The notes: generated by a model not told the origin, from the sequence alone. A DNA stretch of 64,000 nucleotides from Pirellulales bacterium (GCA_963733035.1 CAVTBU010000005.1:1856001-1920000); one strand, 5' to 3'. Counted from the stretch's first letter, positions 21,809 through 33,094 are shown. Program-made: numbers and translations.

Positions 21809-23098
21809 TCACTTGGGCGCGGCCTCTGAGTCAACACAGAAAAGATGCCTTTCGCCACGAATCAAGATGCCGTTCAAGGCCGGGACAGGCGAACCGATGA
21901 CGGACTCAGCCATGTCGTTTTCGGACAACAAGTCGAACTTGTCGTCGGCGACACTCGCCACAAACACGATTCCGTCCTCGCGCGGCGCGTACAGCTTATC
22001 TCCGGCAATCAGGGGCGAGGCGTAAAAATTGGCCCGGTTCTTGGGAAACGCCGCTTCCCAAATCGTCTTGCCCGTGGCCGGGTCGATGCACGCGACTTCG
22101 CCGCGGTCTCGAACGAGAATGACACGGCCCTTGTAGACGGCTGGCGTAGGGACGAACGTGCCCACATCGTCGCGCTTCCACACATGATTGGTTTGCGTGA
22201 CGTCACCGGATCCCGTCAGTCGAATTCCATAAAGCCGCGGAACTCCTCGATCGTTGCGACCGTACGCGACGACCGCCATGTCCCCCACGATGACGGGCGT
22301 TGCAATCGTAGGCCACAGCTTGTCAGCATTGGGATTGAAATTGCCGCACGACCACGAAACGTGCCCATCGGTCGCGTTATGAATTGTGAGATGCTCAGCT
22401 CCCCAAACGAAGATCGACTCCCGTCCCTGGTGTTGAATCACCAACGGCGTTGCGTAGCCGTGATCGCATTCGATCGGTGTCGAGTAATTGCGTGCGACCT
22501 TCCAGGCGATTTCGCCGGTTTCTTTGTCGAATGCGGCCAGCCACGACTCGCCTTGATGCATGCGTGCCATGACGACGTACCGATCGGTCAACACGGGAGA
22601 AGTGCCATGATCCCAAAACAACGTGTCTTTCCCGAAACGCTCAACGAGGTCGGTCTTCCAACGCACCTTCCCGTCGAGATCAACGGCCGCAAAGGTACCG
22701 CTTTTGAAGTAGACGAACACGGCCTTTCCGTCCGTAACAGGTGACGCATTGCATCCCGATCCATTGCGGTGTTTCCCAGGGTTCTCTTTATTGAAAACCG
22801 CGCGCCATTTCTCGCGCCCGTGCGAGTCGTAGCAGAGCAGTGCGTCATGCGCCTCGATTGGAGACGTCAGGTAAATCATTTCATTGAGCACGATGGGAGT
22901 GGAACAGCCCTTGCCGGGCAATTCGGTGCTCCAGAGAAGTCTGTCGGCGCCAAACCTGACGGGATAATTCCCCTGTTCGATGCTGCCGCTGTCGTGCGGA
23001 CCGCGCCACGAAGGCCAGTCTAGCGCATCCGCCGCCAGCCCTAATCGCGGCGACCAGAGAATGAACCAGACAATCGTAACGAGTATTTTGTAAGGCAT
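21809..23098 (-). CDS. Secreted PQQ-like beta-propeller protein
   Basis: Signal peptide, WPSWRGP, LPGKGCSTP, NASPVTDG, FYASP. Confidence 0.87.
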   Translation of the reverse strand: MPYKILVTIVWFILWSPRLGLAADALDWPSWRGPHDSGSIEQGNYPVRFGADRLLWSTELPGKGCSTPIVLNEMIYLTSPIEAHDALLCYDSHGREKWRAVFNKENPGKHRNGSGCNASPVTDGKAVFVYFKSGTFAAVDLDGKVRWKTDLVERFGKDTLFWDHGTSPVLTDRYVVMARMHQGESWLAAFDKETGEIAWKVARNYSTPIECDHGYATPLVIQHQGRESIFVWGAEHLTIHNATDGHVSWSCGNFNPNADKLWPTIATPVIVGDMAVVAYGRNDRGVPRLYGIRLTGSGDVTQTNHVWKRDDVGTFVPTPAVYKGRVILVRDRGEVACIDPATGKTIWEAAFPKNRANFYASPLIAGDKLYAPREDGIVFVASVADDKFDLLSENDMAESVIGSPVPALNGILIRGERHLFCVDSEAAPK

Positions 23099-23240
23099 CG
23101 TAGGCGAGTTCCCCTGAAGTACACGAACCGGTGACGGCGCGTCAGTATACCTTTTCCCGAGGCTGTGCGAACCGCGGTAAAGGGGTCCGCCGACTCTTCT
23201 GGCCGGATCGCCGACGGCAACCGAATGCGGGCGCGCGTTT

Positions 23241-24629
23241 TCACTGCGCCCGGCCATTAGTTTTTCGACTTTCTCTGCGATCGCGTCGTGGCTCGATAAT
23301 TCGTAGCGGAGCACGCCTTGGCGGTCGATGAGCAGTACCGTGGGCAGGCGGGTGACGCGTCCCCCGGCCTTCCAGAGTTTGAGCGCTGCCGAGTCGCGCC
23401 ATGTTTACGGACTTCCAGGGGATTTCCAGACGGTCGAGGACGGCCTGTGCCCGTTCCAGTTCGTCGTCGAAGCTGATCCCCACGACTTCGAGGCCCTGGT
23501 CGTGCCAGCGGGCGTAGATTTCCTTGAGCTTGGGCATTTGCTTGAGACAGGGGACACACCAGCTTCCCCACAGGTCGACCAGCACCACTTTGCCGCGCAA
23601 CTGCTGCGAGTCGAACGGCTGGCCGCCAGCCGTCAACGAGAAGTCGTACGGCTGGTTAACTTCCGGCAGGGGCAAGGCGCGAATGCCTTGCTGGTCCGCC
23701 CGCCGCGCAGCAATCCGGGCGATTCTCTGAATGTCGTTCTGTGTCACGCCCTGGATCCCCACGTCCTGGACCTTCTCGAGTGGCAGCGTGTCGGGATCGA
23801 GGCGAAAACGATCGACAAGGAAGCCGCTATAGACTCCGGCGGGCTCGCGCACGAGACGATACCACTTCCCCTGGGCGTCGAAGGCGATGACGTCGACGCC
23901 CAGGACATTGAACGAGTGTTTGACCGTTACGACCAGGTCGGCTGCCGACTCGCCGAAGGAAACCTTGATGTCGGAATTAGACCAGCCGCGAAATTCGCCG
24001 CGGGGACCTCTGCCCGTATAGCGACGTAGCCATTGATAGCCCGCGGGCAGCGGACAGTACTTTCGCCGATCGAGCTGGGCGTCGCGGATCGCGAACGCGT
24101 ACCCTTGATTTTCGCCGGTCATCACGTCCAGCATGATTCGCGAAAGTCGGCAATCGTCGTCACCGAGCCGGTACCATTGATCGCGAACCTCAAACGAATA
24201 CCGAGGGGGCAACATTTGCGTGTCGGCGATGTTCTCGTAGATGCGATACGTTGCATCCTCGACCGGAAACTCCTCGCGATCCCAGTGGCGAATCGCGGCG
24301 ATCACGTCGTCGACCGAAAGCGGCTTCATCGCCGCCTTGAGTCGTTGGGGGTCGTCCGAGTCGGCGAGCAAACGGGCGAGGTCATTGGCAAGCCGTTGGT
24401 TCACGTCCGCGATGGCATCGTCCAGCGACGTTTGCGTTTCGGGGCCCGGTGCACTTTTATCGCCGGTTTCCGCGCCGTTGGCCTGCGCGTGGGCGGGCTC
24501 GTCGGCCGCCGCGCGGTGAACGATCGAAAGCGGAAGGAAACCAAGAACAAAACCCGCTACCAGGATCGTCGCGGTGGCCGAAAGCCGAGGGGGCCGAAGG
24601 GTCGTCGTGCATTTCATCGCCTGCCTCAC
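23241..24629 (-). CDS. Secreted multidomain TlpA/redoxin-family thiol-disulfide oxidoreductase; two compensating indels near 23397 and 23248
   Basis: GKVVLVDLWGSWCVPC and GLEVVGISFD; the expected tail LPTVLLIDRQGVLRY lies in an alternative frame between the two GCGC-associated breaks. Confidence 0.8.
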   Translation of the reverse strand: MRQAMKCTTTLRPPRLSATATILVAGFVLGFLPLSIVHRAAADEPAHAQANGAETGDKSAPGPETQTSLDDAIADVNQRLANDLARLLADSDDPQRLKAAMKPLSVDDVIAAIRHWDREEFPVEDATYRIYENIADTQMLPPRYSFEVRDQWYRLGDDDCRLSRIMLDVMTGENQGYAFAIRDAQLDRRKYCPLPAGYQWLRRYTGRGPRGEFRGWSNSDIKVSFGESAADLVVTVKHSFNVLGVDVIAFDAQGKWYRLVREPAGVYSGFLVDRFRLDPDTLPLEKVQDVGIQGVTQNDIQRIARIAARRADQQGIRALPLPEVNQPYDFSLTAGGQPFDSQQLRGKVVLVDLWGSWCVPCLKQMPKLKEIYARWHDQGLEVVGISFDDELERAQAVLDRLEIPWKSVNMARLGSAQTLEGRGTRHPPAHGTAHRPPRRAPLRIIEPRRDRRESRKTNGRAQ

Positions 24630-24841
24630 AAGTATGGTGCCGCGGCTTATCTACCCCCCCCGATTGTACCGCCAGCGGCGGCGGCGAGCAGGTGCGGCCG
24701 CACAGGTTTTTCTCGGGCTCGTTCGGCGTGCGGGCGGGGGGAATCTAGGCTACACTGCTCGGCAGTTTGAGCCGCTGGAACCGGCAAGACACGAATCGCA
24801 GGAACGCCCCTCTGCTTGGCCTCGCTAGGACGGTCGCCGCT

Positions 24842-26624
24842 TTGGATCAGCCCGACTGGTATCTCGCCCTGACCGTGGGAATCTTGCTGGGGGCTGCATT
24901 GCTTGCGGGGCAGCTCGCGCGGCTGTTGCATCTGCCGAGCGTCACGGCGTATCTCCTGGTGGGTCTGGCCCTGGGACCCCACACGCCCTTTTTGCATGCC
25001 ATCGAGTGGGTCGCAGAGCGGTTCGGCTATTCGGTCTCGCTGGCCGGCAGCCACATTTCGGAAGAGCACCTGGCTCACCTCGAACCGGTCGGCAAGTTCG
25101 CGATTGCCCTGGTGTTGTTCAATATCGGCTGTCGGCTGCCGCTGTCGAGCTTTCGGCGGACCGTCAAACGACTGTTGCCCCTGTCGCTGGGGGAAATGAC
25201 AACGACGATGGTCCTCGTCAGCGGTAGCATGGGGCTGCTGAGTGCATTCTGGAAGGATGCGGGTGTGGGCTGGCAGGCGGCCGTGCTGTTTGGGGCGTTG
25301 GCGTTGGCGACGGCCCCCGCGACGACCGTCCTGGTATTGAAGGAAAGCCGCAGCGAAGGTCCGCTCACCGAATTCACCACCGGGCTGGTGGCGCTGAACA
25401 ACCTGGCCTCGATCGTGGTGTTCGAATTGTTGTTCGTCGTGGTGCACGCCACGCGCCACGCGGACGTTTCCATCGGCTCAATCGGGGCCGAGTACCTTGT
25501 TTTGACGCGCAACCTGATTGCCGCGAGCCTGCTCGGGATGCTGGCCGGCCTGGCGGTCAGCTTTTTCTGCGGACTGGTGCCGTCCACCCGATGGCTCGTA
25601 CTGTTGACGGCCGTGATTGCTCCGTTGATGGCTGTGTGCGAGTTGTTGCACGTGCCGTACCTGCTGACTTTCTTGACGATGGGAATCACGGTTGCTTCGA
25701 CCTCGGACCTGGCCAACGAAGTGTGCGAGACGCTTGATCGACTGACCGGGCTGTTGTGCGTGGTGTTCTTTGTCATCCACGGCGCGGCCATGGACCTGGG
25801 CAAATTGTGGGCCGCCGGCGCGGTGGGGGTGGCATACATTGTCGCGCACTGCGCCGGAAAATATTTTGGCATCTATTTCACGGCCGACGCCCACCGCGAC
25901 GGTCCGCCCGTCAAACGATGGTTAGGTTCGGCATTGTTCTCACAAGCGGGGGCCGCCATCGCGCTTTCGGCCATCGCCGCGGACCGCGACAAAGCGCTAG
26001 GGCAACAGTTGCAGCACATCATCCTGGGCACCGTGGTGTTCTTCGAAATCGTGGGGCCGATCCTCGTTCGCACCGCGGTCCTGCGCCGGAGAAGTTCCAT
26101 TGGCCACGGCAATCTTTCACTCGACCAGTTCACCGGTCGAGCAATTCCGCGGGATGGTGTTCCAAATCATGCGGTCGTTTGGAGTCAATCCCTTGAAGGG
26201 CAACGTTGCCGATCAGTTGGATGTCAACCGAGTGACGAGCCGCAACGTCAAACCGCTATTGGCAGGGGCGCCGTTCGATCAGGTGCTGGACCACATTGAG
26301 CAGAGCCACGACAACACGTACCCGGTCGTCACGGACGCCAACGTGCTGATTGGCATCATTCGCTATCCGGACGTGCGCGATGTTGTCTTCGACCCGGCGC
26401 TGAAGACGCTCGTCACCGCGGAGGACATGTCGGTGCCGGCCAAGAAGGTGCTCAAGCAAAACGATACGCTGGGCGAAGCCTGGCGCTTGCTCAAAGACAG
26501 CCGAGACGACTGCATCCCCGTTGTCACCGCGGAGCCGCCGTATCACTATGTGGGCGTCGTTCGGCGGCGCGGCCTGCTGCGGCTACTGAGCCACGACGCG
26601 ATTCGCGAACAAGCCGGGGGCTAG
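24842..26624 (+). CDS. Cation:proton antiporter (CPA) with C-terminal CBS pair; frameshift near 26085
   Basis: LPSVTAYLLVGLALGP, LATAPATTVLVLKE, SQAGAAIAL, FEIVGPIL; continues as (A)GEVPLA into the CBS domains of ORF 26100..26624. Confidence 0.88.
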
Positions 26625-26657
26625 CGGCCCGCTTAAGAATTCGACGGGCTGCTAGCC
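26619..26657. terminator. Hairpin between convergent genes; probable bidirectional terminator
   Basis: GGCTAGCGGCCCG / CGGGCTGCTAGCC 13-bp stem (one G-U pair) with 13-nt loop, overlapping the antiporter stop codon. Confidence 0.5.
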
Positions 26658-26693
26658 GCACGGATGGTTTATGAGTATGAGCCGGGGAGATTT

Positions 26694-27771
26694 TTATCGG
26701 CGCCGCGCCGCGGGCTGCGCGATGCGGATCTCGACGGCGAGTGCTTCGGGGTTCGTCGCCGTCTCGAGCGCGTGGACGCCGTCGACCGTGCCATTGCGAT
26801 AGAGTCTTAACAGGTGCTTGTCGAAGCTCTGCATTCCGTTCTCTTCGGTGGCAATGTAGTCGGTGATGTCGCCGATACGTCCTTCCAGGATGTATTTCGA
26901 GGTGACCGAATCGCCGCGTAAGACTTCCACCACGGGCCACAGTTGTCCGGACTTGCTCATCGTGAGTCGTTGCGAGATGACGCCGACGAGAGACGCCGCG
27001 AGTTGTTGCCGGGCGATGCCCAGCAGCGACGGGGGGACCAAGGCCAAAAGCCGCTCGATGGTCTGAGCGGCGTTCGACGCGTGGATGGTTGCCAGCACCT
27101 GGTGCCCCGTATCGGCTGCGCAACGCCATCTGCACGCTTTCGGGATCACGCAATTCGCCGACGAGGATGACATCGGGCGCTTGGCGCATGGCCTGCCTCA
27201 AACCATGTTCGTACGACGGCGTGTCACGGCCGACTTCGATATGAGAGATGAGCGACTTCTGGCCGGCGTGCACATATTCCGTGGGATCTTCAATCGTGAG
27301 GATCTTCAGATGGAACGAACGATTGAGCAGGTCGATGATTCCCGCGAGCGTGGTTGTTTTGCCGCTGCCGGTGGCGCCGCTCATGAGCAACAATCCGCGC
27401 GGCACCTTGGCCAGTTCGGCGATGACCGGTGGCAGATGCAGTTCGTCAAGCGAGCGGATCGCAAGGGGGATTACGCGAACCACCAGGCCCGGCGTTCCGC
27501 TATGGCTGTAGAGATTGCAGCGGAACCGCGCGACGCCCGGCAGGCTGTACGAAAAGTCGAAGCCCTCGAGGAGTGCGTGGTCGATGTCGTCGAGGACCGT
27601 GCGCGGTCCGATCGAACGAATGAACTCCCGCAGTTGGTCGCCTGAGAGCGGCGGCAGTTCGATCGCCCGCAACTGGCCGTCAATCCGCATTTGCGGTACC
27701 GAACCGGTTTGCAAATGGATGTCGGCGGCATGGTGCTCCACGCCGAAACGAAGCAATTGGTCAATGGTCAT
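26694..27771 (-). CDS. pilT: PilT/PilU-family type IV pilus retraction ATPase; frameshift near 27119
   Basis: ADIHL, Walker A GATGSGKTT, TIEDPTE Asp box, Walker B ILVGELRD, His box TGHQVLATIH in the second frame, GMQSFD. Confidence 0.88.
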
Positions 27772-27781
27772 GCGAGACCGA

Positions 27782-28651
27782 TCATTTTATGGATTTCGAT
27801 TTCCGAGCCTTGTCATTTTTCCAGGGATCCACCCGCTCGAGTTCGCCTTCGATGCGTCGTTCGACGGCCGGGAGTTTTGATTCGGCCTCGGCTTCGATGG
27901 CGGGTCCTTCCTCGTAGAAAAAGTACGCCATTCCGGCCAGCAGGATCGGCAGAAAGGCGCCCAGCGTCTTCTTGAGCGGCAGCCGCACCTTCTGCCAGCG
28001 GGTTACCCAATAGTAAATCGTATAAGGCGGCAGCAGCAGGCATGCGATACCTTGAAAAAGTCCGTCTTTAAACGGAAGGGTGACGAGGTAGGCTGCGCCG
28101 ACGGCCAGCAGCCCAATGTTCGTGACGATAATGACCACGGTCCCGAGGTGCATTGCCATTTTGTATTTGAACACGAACCCAAGCAGGATTGCCGCCAACG
28201 CCAACGTTGAAACCAGGGCCAGCCAGTCGCGAAGTCGACGCAGACGACGTGCCGCGAGATTTCCGACCAGGCTTGGCAACATCACCAGAAACGAAGGGGG
28301 GCCACTCGAAGTCGGCACGCGTGCGGGCTCGCGCCGATCGACTTCAATCTCCGGACCTCCGCTATCGAGCAGTCTGTCGGCCACGCGCAACTCGACGGCG
28401 CTCGATTTGGTTTTTTTTGCCGGTTCCGCCTGAAACGCCAGTGGCTCGTGCTCGGAAAGCAGGTGAACCGGGGCCCGGGGAGGGCTGGAACTTTCGGGCG
28501 GCTTAAGATGCAGCGGCTGCTCTACTGATTGCGCGAGAGCAGGAATGACGAGCGTGTGTCCACACTGTTTGCATTTGCCGTGCCGCCCGGCATGCTCGTC
28601 GGCCGCATGCAGGGGATGTCCGCACTGTGGGCATTGGAAGTGGATCGCCAT
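27782..28651 (-). CDS. Membrane protein with N-terminal zinc ribbon
   Basis: MAIHFQCPQCG...GKCKQCG, Pro-rich linker, about 4 TM helices. Confidence 0.75.
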   Translation of the reverse strand: MAIHFQCPQCGHPLHAADEHAGRHGKCKQCGHTLVIPALAQSVEQPLHLKPPESSSPPRAPVHLLSEHEPLAFQAEPAKKTKSSAVELRVADRLLDSGGPEIEVDRREPARVPTSSGPPSFLVMLPSLVGNLAARRLRRLRDWLALVSTLALAAILLGFVFKYKMAMHLGTVVIIVTNIGLLAVGAAYLVTLPFKDGLFQGIACLLLPPYTIYYWVTRWQKVRLPLKKTLGAFLPILLAGMAYFFYEEGPAIEAEAESKLPAVERRIEGELERVDPWKNDKARKSKSIK

Positions 28652-28853
28652 TCATCAAACCCCGTAGCGCCGGACCACAATTCCATCAAATCGACGGTGC
28701 GGAGGGATGTCAAGTCTCAACGGTCACCCGCATGACGGCGCCGACATGAACGGCGGGCCAAGAGTCGAGCGCTTGGTCAGGAAACAAGGTCGGCGCCCGG
28801 AATTAGTATAGGTTACTTGCCCCGGCAACCGACTTCGAGGCACGTCGAATCGT

Positions 28854-29138
28854 TCAACGGGCATTCGGCGCGTTTTGGGGCAAGCCTCCGCGCTCCTGCC
28901 GATTCAATCGCTCCAGGATCGGCTCCATCGCTTCCAGCTCGGTGTAGTACATGGCGCTGGGGTCGATCTGGTGCGCGGACAGCCACTGCAGGCGGGCGTT
29001 TACCCGAGGACGACTGGCGAGCCAAGGAAGCGCGACGAGCCAAGCCGCGGCGAGGACCACGACTGACAGCAGGAGTGCGAGGACCCGTTTGCCGGCAGCT
29101 GTTGGTGACTGTGTTGAATTTGCTATTGGCGTCGTCAT
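28854..29138 (-). CDS. Small single-TM hypothetical protein
   Basis: Hydrophobic segment followed by IDPSAMYYTELE; lies 24 nt downstream of the YeiH-like gene on the same strand. Confidence 0.6.
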   Translation of the reverse strand: MTTPIANSTQSPTAAGKRVLALLLSVVVLAAAWLVALPWLASRPRVNARLQWLSAHQIDPSAMYYTELEAMEPILERLNRQERGGLPQNAPNAR

Positions 29139-29162
29139 CGTTCGTTTCGTTACGGCACTGTC

Positions 29163-30605
29163 CTATTCCGTCATGTTGCGGAAGACGACACGGAACATCA
29201 GCCACGCCATCAGGAGCGTCAGACATAGATTGAGCGTCTGACCGCAGAGATAAAGGGCCAGGGGTTTGCCGCCGCGAAGATACGGAGACAGTTCGCGAAA
29301 GTTCGTGGCCAGGCCGATGCTGACGAAGGCCAGACAAAAAAACCAACCGCGCAACGTACCCGTGGAACCTTTGATCATGGCATCGACGAGTTCGGGTCCG
29401 GCTGGCAACACGGCATACAGGGCCGAGAATACCAGTGAGGCCAGCACGAATCCGAGCACGAACTTGGGAAAGCGCCGCCAAATTTCCAGCAGGCTAGGGC
29501 GGGGGGCGGTGGGATCGCGCTCCACGCGCGTCACCCAGTAGACCGCCACGGCGAACGCAACCGCGCCGATCAAGATGTTCTGAATCATCTTGACCGTGGC
29601 CGCCACTTCCAGCGCCTTGGGGCCAAGCACGGCGCCGGCCGCGGCCACGGCCCCGGTCGAATCAATCGTGCCTCCGAGCCACGCACCACCCAGGATTTCG
29701 TCCATGCCGGCGGCGCGAATCACGGCCGGCATCACGGCCATCATGATCACGGTGAACGACAGCGAAAGGCCGATGGCCAGCGAAAGCTCTTCCTTCTTGG
29801 CTTTGCAGGCGGCGGCCGTGGCAATAGCGGCCGACACGCCGCACACCGACATGTCGGCCGAAATCACCATGTTGAGCGACCGTGATTCCATCTTCAGCAC
29901 TTTCTGCCCAAAGATGTAAGTGCTGACCAGCACGATCGGCGTGACAACCCAGGCCACGAAGATTCCCGGAACACCAAGCGCCAGCAGGCGGTTGAGCAGC
30001 ACCTCGGCGCCGAGCAGCACGAGGCCTGTTTTGATGTAGAACTCGGTGAGCACGGCCGGCTTGAGCACGTCGGGCGTGCCAATCGTGTTGCTCACGACGA
30101 GTCCCACGAGCAAGGCCCACAGCGCATACTCGAGGTTGTACGCCTTGACGAGACTCTGCCCGGCCATCGCATAGGCCACCGTCGCGAGTAGAAAGACGAC
30201 CGGGAATGCTTTGAGAAAGGCGCCGCCCGAGCCGCTGCGAATTTGCATCGCCACGGCAAACAGCACGCCAATGACGACGAGCGCTCCGAGCGTGCCAGGA
30301 ATGGCATTGAACGGTTTATTGTCGCCCTCTGCCGGCTTATAGAACCCAGCGACCGGGTTGTCCTTCCAGGAACCCGGCTTCGAGAGGTACGGCTTTAAGG
30401 GGTTGCTGATTTCAATCGCCTGGCCCGTGGAGGCCTGCTGCGCCAAGTCGTTCGGTCGCGTGATCCAGACCGCCAGAAACGAAACGGCCAGCAGCAGCGC
30501 CCCGCACCAGATGGCCCACCAGTCTTCCGACGTGCGCATCTGCGAGAGGGTGGTTTGCCGATCGTTAGGGGGCGTTTCGTTGGGGGGGGTTTCGTTGGCG
30601 GGCAT
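29163..30605 (-). CDS. YeiH-like / putative sulfate exporter family membrane protein
   Basis: [48 protein letters not shown]. Confidence 0.87.
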   Translation of the reverse strand: MPANETPPNETPPNDRQTTLSQMRTSEDWWAIWCGALLLAVSFLAVWITRPNDLAQQASTGQAIEISNPLKPYLSKPGSWKDNPVAGFYKPAEGDNKPFNAIPGTLGALVVIGVLFAVAMQIRSGSGGAFLKAFPVVFLLATVAYAMAGQSLVKAYNLEYALWALLVGLVVSNTIGTPDVLKPAVLTEFYIKTGLVLLGAEVLLNRLLALGVPGIFVAWVVTPIVLVSTYIFGQKVLKMESRSLNMVISADMSVCGVSAAIATAAACKAKKEELSLAIGLSLSFTVIMMAVMPAVIRAAGMDEILGGAWLGGTIDSTGAVAAAGAVLGPKALEVAATVKMIQNILIGAVAFAVAVYWVTRVERDPTAPRPSLLEIWRRFPKFVLGFVLASLVFSALYAVLPAGPELVDAMIKGSTGTLRGWFFCLAFVSIGLATNFRELSPYLRGGKPLALYLCGQTLNLCLTLLMAWLMFRVVFRNMTE

Positions 30606-30731
30606 GGGCGTGGAACCATCGCGGCGAGGATGCCGTCGGGCGGACGGCATGCGGAAGTTACGCCCGTGTTCTAAGAGTTTTGGCCGCCGGCATCAAGGCG
30701 TAGCGCGGCAGAGCGCCGTACGCGCTACCGC

Positions 30732-31496
30732 TTAGCTTTGGCGTAGGAGTCGGCGACGGCCAAAGTAACCCATCACACACCCCACGAGTAGTAACACACA
30801 GCTCGACGGTTCGGGCGTTTCGACAATTTGCAAGCCGGCGATGGCCGGACGATTGCCGGCTTGCTTGATGATCTGCAGATCGAACGCCGTATTGTTGAGC
30901 CCCGTGAACACGGCATAGGTCGCCAAAGTCTCGTCTTGGTAGTTTGTCGCGGTCGCTTGGATGAAACCGTCGGTCGTGAAGTTCGTCGACTGCACGAGGA
31001 AGAATTCCTGGCCGCCCAGTTTGACGCTGGCGTCGGCCCCAAAATTGAAGCATGCGAGATACGCAATCACTTCATACTGCGCGTAAGGAATGTTCGTTAC
31101 GCTGACTGTCAACTGCGGTGAATTGGAGTCGAAGAAGCTTCCCTCAACCAGGCCGCGATAGAGGCGTTCGTCGGGTGTGGTATTGCCGCCATCGGAATTC
31201 ACCTCGGCATTGGCGTTGAACCAGGTGATCTGCGCACCGGAATCGACTCCGCTGTTGTCGACCAGCTTGCCCGCGATCGGCCCGCTCACGTCGGCAGTCG
31301 ATCCGTTCCCGACGGGGTTCGAATTGTTCCAGTTGACCTGCGGCACCAATCCCGCCGATTCCGCGGGCAAAATCGGGAACGGTCCGCCGCCAAAACTGGT
31401 CGCGGTGAAATTCATGCCGATGGAACCGGCACAAACTGGGGTCCCGCAAACAAGAACAATTGCAAGCGCCTGGCAAATGGGTGCTAACCGCGACAT
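30732..31496 (-). CDS. PEP-CTERM sorting domain protein
   Basis: Signal peptide; C-terminal TPEPSS, TM helix and RRR basic tail. Confidence 0.85.
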   Translation of the reverse strand: MSRLAPICQALAIVLVCGTPVCAGSIGMNFTATSFGGGPFPILPAESAGLVPQVNWNNSNPVGNGSTADVSGPIAGKLVDNSGVDSGAQITWFNANAEVNSDGGNTTPDERLYRGLVEGSFFDSNSPQLTVSVTNIPYAQYEVIAYLACFNFGADASVKLGGQEFFLVQSTNFTTDGFIQATATNYQDETLATYAVFTGLNNTAFDLQIIKQAGNRPAIAGLQIVETPEPSSCVLLLVGCVMGYFGRRRLLRQS

Positions 31497-32047
31497 AACG
31501 GTCGTCCTCTTGGTTGTAAGTGTCGAAGTTGTATTTGAACGGCGATGGTTTTTTCGCACCGAAGTCAAAACTGATGCGAGCACAAATTGATTTTCGTGGA
31601 ATGCAAACAGGAGCAAATGGCCGGCCGCAGGGCCAATGCCGGTTCGCAGGCGAGAGCCGCGACGAGTCGATGCCAATTTGGAGATGCGAAGTGGCTAGCG
31701 GTACCTGGTGTCAGGCATACAATCCACCCAAAGTAACTAGGTGCGTTTGTGAAGTCAAGCAACCCACCAGGGCCGCGAAGCGTGGAGGCTGGCGCTGCCA
31801 TCGGGACCGCGGACCGGTGGTGCGGGAAGATGCCTGGGGAGTGGACCGTGCCCTGCAAGGTTCAACCGCAAGGTCGTCGATCGCTCTTTCGTCCGACGCG
31901 CTGCGTTCGTTGCTCCGTTTTCAATTGGACAGGTACGTGTCTGGCCCTGGCAACTCGCCAGTTGGGTGCCACAGGCGCAAGAGGTTACACTATTGGGCGA
32001 GGGGCACGTAGACGGTCGAAATTGGCATCGCGCATGCGGAGCTGACG

Positions 32048-33028
32048 ATGAATTGTCGAGCAAAGTTGCACGCAGTTACGTGCTGGTCTGGTTGGACAGC
32101 ACTTGGCCTGGGAATGGCAATGCTGACATCCAGCAGAGGATTCGCCTCGGAGCCTGCCGGCAGCGTAGAGGATGCTCGCGCGGCGAGCGAGGCGGCTCTT
32201 GCCAAGATGGTCCAGGAGGATGGCTACGGCCTTCCGCGGGATAAAGATTTGATTCGCGTGAAGCCGCCGTTTGCGAGCCGTCGCATGGAGTATTACTACT
32301 GGGCCTATCCCTCGCAAGCGAGTGCGATTCCCGAAGGCCCATCGGCGATGGTGTTCCGCTGGAACAACAAAGGGCGGCTGCGTACTCCCGGCATGAATTT
32401 TTCCGGTGACCCGACGACCACCGGTTACACGCTCGTGGGCATCCTTGATTCCTTGTGTGGCATTAAAAGCCAAGAAATCGAGGGACCCAGCGACCTACTA
32501 GCAGCACCTTGCTCGGGGGATTGGGTCGTTCGCGAAGGCGCCTCCAACGATGAACTCGTGAACCAGCTCGCGACGATTCTCCGGGAGCAGCTTGCTCTGC
32601 CCGTACGGATGGAGTTCCGGGAGGCCGAACGCGAAGTATACGTCGCCAGCGGTCAGTACAAGTGGGCTCCGCTTGCCAGCCAGAGTCAACAAACCGCGCC
32701 CGACGATTCGACGAAGTCGGATCAGATTGAAATCTATGGCAAGCAGATCGTACCGGACAGTGGCGCAGGAGGAGGGTGTGGCAACTTCGAAAAATTTCTC
32801 GATTGGCTAGGAAGGTGGATCAATGCCCCGGTTGTCTCTGACGTTCGGCAACCCCCCGCTCACCAATTGTGTTGGCATTTACACGAGCGTTCACCGTCGA
32901 CGCTACAGACGCTCGGCGAAGATCACGCCCCTTCGCTGGTGCTTGCCAACATCAGTGCCCAAACCGGCCTGACCTTCAAAGCCGAGACTCGACGCGTGAG
33001 AATCCTGTTCGTGGAGCGCACCGAATAA
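32048..33028 (+). CDS. Secreted hypothetical protein
   Basis: 326-aa ORF with signal-peptide-like N-terminus; fills the gap between opposite-strand genes. Confidence 0.65.
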   Translation: MNCRAKLHAVTCWSGWTALGLGMAMLTSSRGFASEPAGSVEDARAASEAALAKMVQEDGYGLPRDKDLIRVKPPFASRRMEYYYWAYPSQASAIPEGPSAMVFRWNNKGRLRTPGMNFSGDPTTTGYTLVGILDSLCGIKSQEIEGPSDLLAAPCSGDWVVREGASNDELVNQLATILREQLALPVRMEFREAEREVYVASGQYKWAPLASQSQQTAPDDSTKSDQIEIYGKQIVPDSGAGGGCGNFEKFLDWLGRWINAPVVSDVRQPPAHQLCWHLHERSPSTLQTLGEDHAPSLVLANISAQTGLTFKAETRRVRILFVERTE

Positions 33029-33094
33029 GCCCGCAACGACAATCGTTTCGCGACCGAATGAGTCAGGGCACTAGACGCATCATACTCGCCAGGT

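Noticed and set aside
21809..24629. Apparent TlpA-PQQ propeller fusion after correcting the frameshift at 23397
   Set aside because: A second GCGC-adjacent 1-nt deletion near 23248 restores MAGAQ-stop at 23241, and the propeller has its own signal peptide starting at 23098
30560..30600. 15-nt tandem duplication encoding [10 protein letters not shown]
   Set aside because: Only about 2.5 units in a disordered N-terminus; no sign of function
31947..31975. CTGGC-AACTC-GCCAG hairpin followed by GGGTGCCAC, resembling the REP leader
   Set aside because: A 5-bp stem and an 8-nt match are too short to distinguish from chance in GC-rich DNA
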